Under the pieces are notes generated by a model. That model worked only from the letters and a program-made list of their open reading frames with translations, was not told the DNA's origin and searched no databases. Of a stretch of DNA of 64,000 bases, positions 60,515 through 64,000 are shown piece after piece. Every line of letters begins with the position of its first letter. Position 1 is the stretch's first letter. Source of the stretch: Bacteroidota bacterium (GTDB taxonomy: Bacteria; Bacteroidota; Bacteroidia; Chitinophagales; Chitinophagaceae); assembly GCA_041175905.1 (NCBI GenBank), contig JBEDEC010000017.1, positions 1,448 to 65,447 of the forward strand, read 5' to 3'. A program made the translations under genes and the position numbers.

Positions 60515-61342
60515 ATGTGGTCGGATTGGATTCAATATTTTCAAACACTTGAACAACGTCCGGCAGAGCGTTTAGCTATTTTAGTTGGCGGTCTTCTTTT
60601 TTTCTGGATCATTGAAGGAGCCATTCCACTCTTTAAGCTACCCTATCGTAAAGGCAAATTGACACATGCAGGCGTCAATTTTGTATTCACCGTCATTCAC
60701 CTGATCATACATACTTTTCTGGCTTTATTAATAGTAGCACTATCTGATTGGTGCAAGCAAGCTGAATTTGGAATTATCTACTGGACAAATGTCAACACGA
60801 TAGCCACTATTTTAATAGGGGTATTTGCACTTGACTTTAGCAGTTGGCTAGTACATTGGGTAATGCATCAGCAAAAGTTTTTATGGCGTTTCCATTTGAT
60901 TCATCACAGCGATACTAAAGTGGATGTAACAACTGGCCTACGTCATCATCCAGGTGATAGCTTACTGCGTGGATTATTTTTTCTACTCCTGATTTTTGTT
61001 TCAGGAGCTCCTATGTACAGTGTGATGATGTATCAAACACTTGTTGTAGTCGCTACCGCATTTACACATGCAAACATTAAACTGCCAACTGGTATTGATA
61101 AGACAATAAGTTGGATTTTAATCTCTCCCAACATGCACAAAGTGCACCATCATTGGAAGCAACCCTTTACTGATTCAAACTATGGTGCTGTTTTTTCAAT
61201 TTGGGATCGACTATTTGGAACCTTTCGCACCTTAGATATTTCAACAATTCAATATGGAATTGATCGAGATTATCCTGTAGGAAAAGATGAAGATCTTGGT
61301 CTTTTATTAAAGAGTCCTTTCCAAAATAAAAGCCACGAATGA
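60515..61342 (+). CDS. Sterol desaturase / fatty-acid hydroxylase family protein
   Basis: His boxes HWVMH, HLIHH, RHHP and HKVHH; NYG...WDRLFGT. Confidence 0.92.
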   Translation: MWSDWIQYFQTLEQRPAERLAILVGGLLFFWIIEGAIPLFKLPYRKGKLTHAGVNFVFTVIHLIIHTFLALLIVALSDWCKQAEFGIIYWTNVNTIATILIGVFALDFSSWLVHWVMHQQKFLWRFHLIHHSDTKVDVTTGLRHHPGDSLLRGLFFLLLIFVSGAPMYSVMMYQTLVVVATAFTHANIKLPTGIDKTISWILISPNMHKVHHHWKQPFTDSNYGAVFSIWDRLFGTFRTLDISTIQYGIDRDYPVGKDEDLGLLLKSPFQNKSHE

Positions 61343-62064
61343 AAGTAGTTGCACTTATACCCGCCCGGTATGCTGCATCGCGCTTTCCAGGTAAGCTATT
61401 ACAGCAACTAGGCAACAAGACTGTTATCCGTTATACCTACGATGCTACAGTTGCCACTGGACTATTTGATGAGGTTATTGTAGTAACAGATAGTGACGAA
61501 ATTGAAAAAGAAATTATCAACGCAGGTGGTAGTTGCAAAAGAAGTCAGCGAGAACACGAAAGCGGTTCCGATCGTATTGCAGAAATCGCAGCTTCTCTTT
61601 CTGTTGATTTGATTGTAAATGTACAGGGCGATACCCCTTTTATAAAAAAAGAGCCATTAGCTCGATTGATACAAGCATTTGAGGATTCAAGGGTGCAGGT
61701 TGCTTCACTAATGCAAAAAATCAGAGACCCTAAACTGATTCAGGAATCAAGTATTGTTAAAGTAGTTACCGATCTCAATAATGATGCACTCTATTTTAGT
61801 CGTAGTGTAATTCCTTTTCATCGTGACCCAAGTATTTCTACACCAACTTTTGAACATATCGGTGTGTATGCATTTAGAAAAAAAGCGCTCCTTGATTTTA
61901 CCACCTGGCCGGTTTCACAGCTTGAAGCAACGGAAAAGCTAGAACAACTCCGTTACCTAGAGCACAGCATAAAAATCAGAATGGTAGAAACCGACTACAG
62001 CAGTGTGGCTATTGACACACCAGAAGATCTAGAACGCGCTAAAATTCTCTTAGCAAATATTTAG
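61339..62064 (+). CDS. kdsB: 3-deoxy-manno-octulosonate cytidylyltransferase
   Basis: [29 protein letters not shown] and EKLEQLR motifs. Confidence 0.96.
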   Translation: MKVVALIPARYAASRFPGKLLQQLGNKTVIRYTYDATVATGLFDEVIVVTDSDEIEKEIINAGGSCKRSQREHESGSDRIAEIAASLSVDLIVNVQGDTPFIKKEPLARLIQAFEDSRVQVASLMQKIRDPKLIQESSIVKVVTDLNNDALYFSRSVIPFHRDPSISTPTFEHIGVYAFRKKALLDFTTWPVSQLEATEKLEQLRYLEHSIKIRMVETDYSSVAIDTPEDLERAKILLANI

Positions 62065-64000
62065 TTCATTCTCACGTCGCGCATTTCACGCATCATGTAA
62101 CGTTGCATCCCCGGTGGCATCATTTGTTGTTGTGACTGTGTTTTTCCACCCATCTTATTTAGGTTGAACAAGAAGCTAACCAAAAAGTAGCGACGCAATA
62201 CCATGCTACGTGTATCTTGTAAGTAGTTATCACCCGCTGTACGATTAATGCTTTGATTTTGATTCAACAAGTCATTAACAGATAACTTTATTTCACCATT
62301 CTTGTTTTTAAACAACTGTTTGCTCAAACTAGCATTCCACAAAGGAATACTTTGGTTAAATCCTTCGGCACGACCTGTATTAATTAAATAATCAAAATTT
62401 GTGCTCACGATGATATTCTTAGGGAACGTATAGGTCACATCAGCATTATAGGTTTGTGTCCAGTAATCTTCATTCAACTGTGTGTTAATACTATACTGCA
62501 CATTGTAATAACTCAAATTAGCACGAAGGCCCATATTAAACTTGTCCTTATTAAAATTGAAGCCCGCACCCTGTGTAATTGAAATGGTCTTGGTGAGATT
62601 TTCTCGCGTGTTAATCAAACTTACATCCTTTAAATAAAGCATTGTGTTGGTCAAGCTAACATTTGATCCTTTGAGTTTTGGATTTTTGAAAGGAAGGCCT
62701 AACGTGAAATACGAAAAAGCACGCAAATAGCCATTCACGTTAGCATAAGTAGTTGTTTGAACAGGACCTCGTGTTGTAATACTATTGACAATTTTATTGC
62801 TGGTTGTACTAACATTTATATTAGCCGCAACAAATCGGAATGTAGCAAGATTAAAGGTGTTGTATCCCATATTGAGATTGTGCGTAAACTCCTGTTTCAA
62901 ATTGGGATTACCAATTCTTACATTGAGTGTATCCGTTACATCTGGTACATTTTGTAATTGATTAACGGAGGGCTGATTGGTTCTTCCATTATAAGAGAAG
63001 CGCAAATTCTTGCTACGAGAAGGAGTCAAATTAAAATTAGCAGTCGGGAAAAGATTGGTAAATGTCTGCTTGATCAAAGAATCTTTTCCGGTAGCGGCTT
63101 GGTAGCTGTGATTTTCTAAGAATGATTCTTGTAATCCAACTCCAAATTGATAATTATATTTTTTTTCCTGCACGCGAAAATTAACACCAGCACGATGTGC
63201 TACAAACAAGTTTTTAAACTCATTAGTTTGTAGCAAGTTGGGGCTATCATATTTCCCGTTGCTGGAATTATAATTGAAGGTCTCTTTTTCAGAGCGGCTG
63301 AAATTATTGGTGTAAGCATAATTCACCTCCAATAATTTATTGTTGCCCAATGGTTCTGTATAAGAGGTACTCACTACGTTATTGCGTGTCTTTGTAGACT
63401 GATTGTATTGTTGGTTTTGAGAAAAATTAAAAAACGGCGTTCCATCTGGACGATAGAATCGGTTTGAAGAAATGGTTTGTCCATCTGCATCACTCATCCC
63501 CATAGTATTATTCAGTCCAATGGTGATGGTGCGACCAATTTTTTTGAATTTTCTTCTGAACAGTAAATTATTATTAAAGTTAATTCCATCACGCACATTT
63601 GAATTTTCTGAATTTGATTCAATTGCCTTGTATTCGCGCAAAGGGGTTTTTGACATGGTTAAGCTAGAATCGATACTGAAATTATCAGAGTGCTGAATGG
63701 TCAGTGAAGGTGTATAGAGTATTGAGGTAAGTGAATCTAATTGATATTCAAAACGAACATTAAATCGGTGATTCTGATTCAGATTATTGGACCGGCTGGT
63801 TCTATTTTGTATTGCCATTGAGTCATTGGCAAAAAATGTTTGACGCAGGGTCGATTGCTCTTGCACGGGTCGAGAATCAGAAAAGAAATAACTTCCTGTG
63901 AATTTTGCTTTTGTACCCCACTCATTATTAAAATTGAGTCCGGTTGATAGTGAACGGATAATACCGGTATTCTGTCCACCGCCAAAACCACCAAAGCCTC
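62061..64000 (-). CDS. Large outer-membrane beta-barrel protein (TonB-dependent-receptor-like), 5'-truncated by the window edge
   Basis: Frame stays open from 63866 to the edge ([27 protein letters not shown]...); [15 protein letters not shown] and [11 protein letters not shown] motifs. Confidence 0.88.
   Translation of the reverse strand, partial: GFGGFGGGQNTGIIRSLSTGLNFNNEWGTKAKFTGSYFFSDSRPVQEQSTLRQTFFANDSMAIQNRTSRSNNLNQNHRFNVRFEYQLDSLTSILYTPSLTIQHSDNFSIDSSLTMSKTPLREYKAIESNSENSNVRDGINFNNNLLFRRKFKKIGRTITIGLNNTMGMSDADGQTISSNRFYRPDGTPFFNFSQNQQYNQSTKTRNNVVSTSYTEPLGNNKLLEVNYAYTNNFSRSEKETFNYNSSNGKYDSPNLLQTNEFKNLFVAHRAGVNFRVQEKKYNYQFGVGLQESFLENHSYQAATGKDSLIKQTFTNLFPTANFNLTPSRSKNLRFSYNGRTNQPSVNQLQNVPDVTDTLNVRIGNPNLKQEFTHNLNMGYNTFNLATFRFVAANINVSTTSNKIVNSITTRGPVQTTTYANVNGYLRAFSYFTLGLPFKNPKLKGSNVSLTNTMLYLKDVSLINTRENLTKTISITQGAGFNFNKDKFNMGLRANLSYYNVQYSINTQLNEDYWTQTYNADVTYTFPKNIIVSTNFDYLINTGRAEGFNQSIPLWNASLSKQLFKNKNGEIKLSVNDLLNQNQSINRTAGDNYLQDTRSMVLRRYFLVSFLFNLNKMGGKTQSQQQMMPPGMQRYMMREMRDVRMN

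Overview
64 kb of a very gene-dense Bacteroidota chromosome, most likely Chitinophagaceae-like. This is inferred from type IX secretion (T9SS) substrates and PorP/SprF adaptors, TAnnTTTG promoters, Gln at +1 of signal peptides and an ACIII-aa3 operon. Contents in order: (1) a ~15.7 kb minus-strand respiratory operon actABCDEF-cox2-cox1-heme O synthase-cox3a-cox3b-cox4-SCO-DUF420; (2) housekeeping genes (purN, D-aminoacylase, serine hydrolase, fused E1 dehydrogenase, M16 peptidase pair, mqnC, aminotransferase, manC-like, kdsD, recQ, MotB-like lipoprotein, Tet-like MFS, GTP-type PEPCK); (3) a 16 kb cell-surface locus with three type-B-CTD T9SS substrates, two PorP/SprF proteins and an atypical OmpA-like protein; (4) nfuA-pnuC-nadR-like, mtgA, GH3, suhB-like, thiL, amidohydrolase, recX, dnaN, desaturase, kdsB and a truncated outer-membrane barrel. 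The largest substrate (~2090 codons) is interrupted by one in-frame TAA inside a higher-order array of Asp-rich repeats. I found no rRNA, tRNA, CRISPR or mobile element. The most notable signals are that stop codon, recurring promoter-abutting (leaderless-like) start codons, a GC3-rich patch at the actA/actB junction, a probable CTG start for SCO, and the GH3-mtgA pairing. I cannot show from sequence alone that any of these is a new system.
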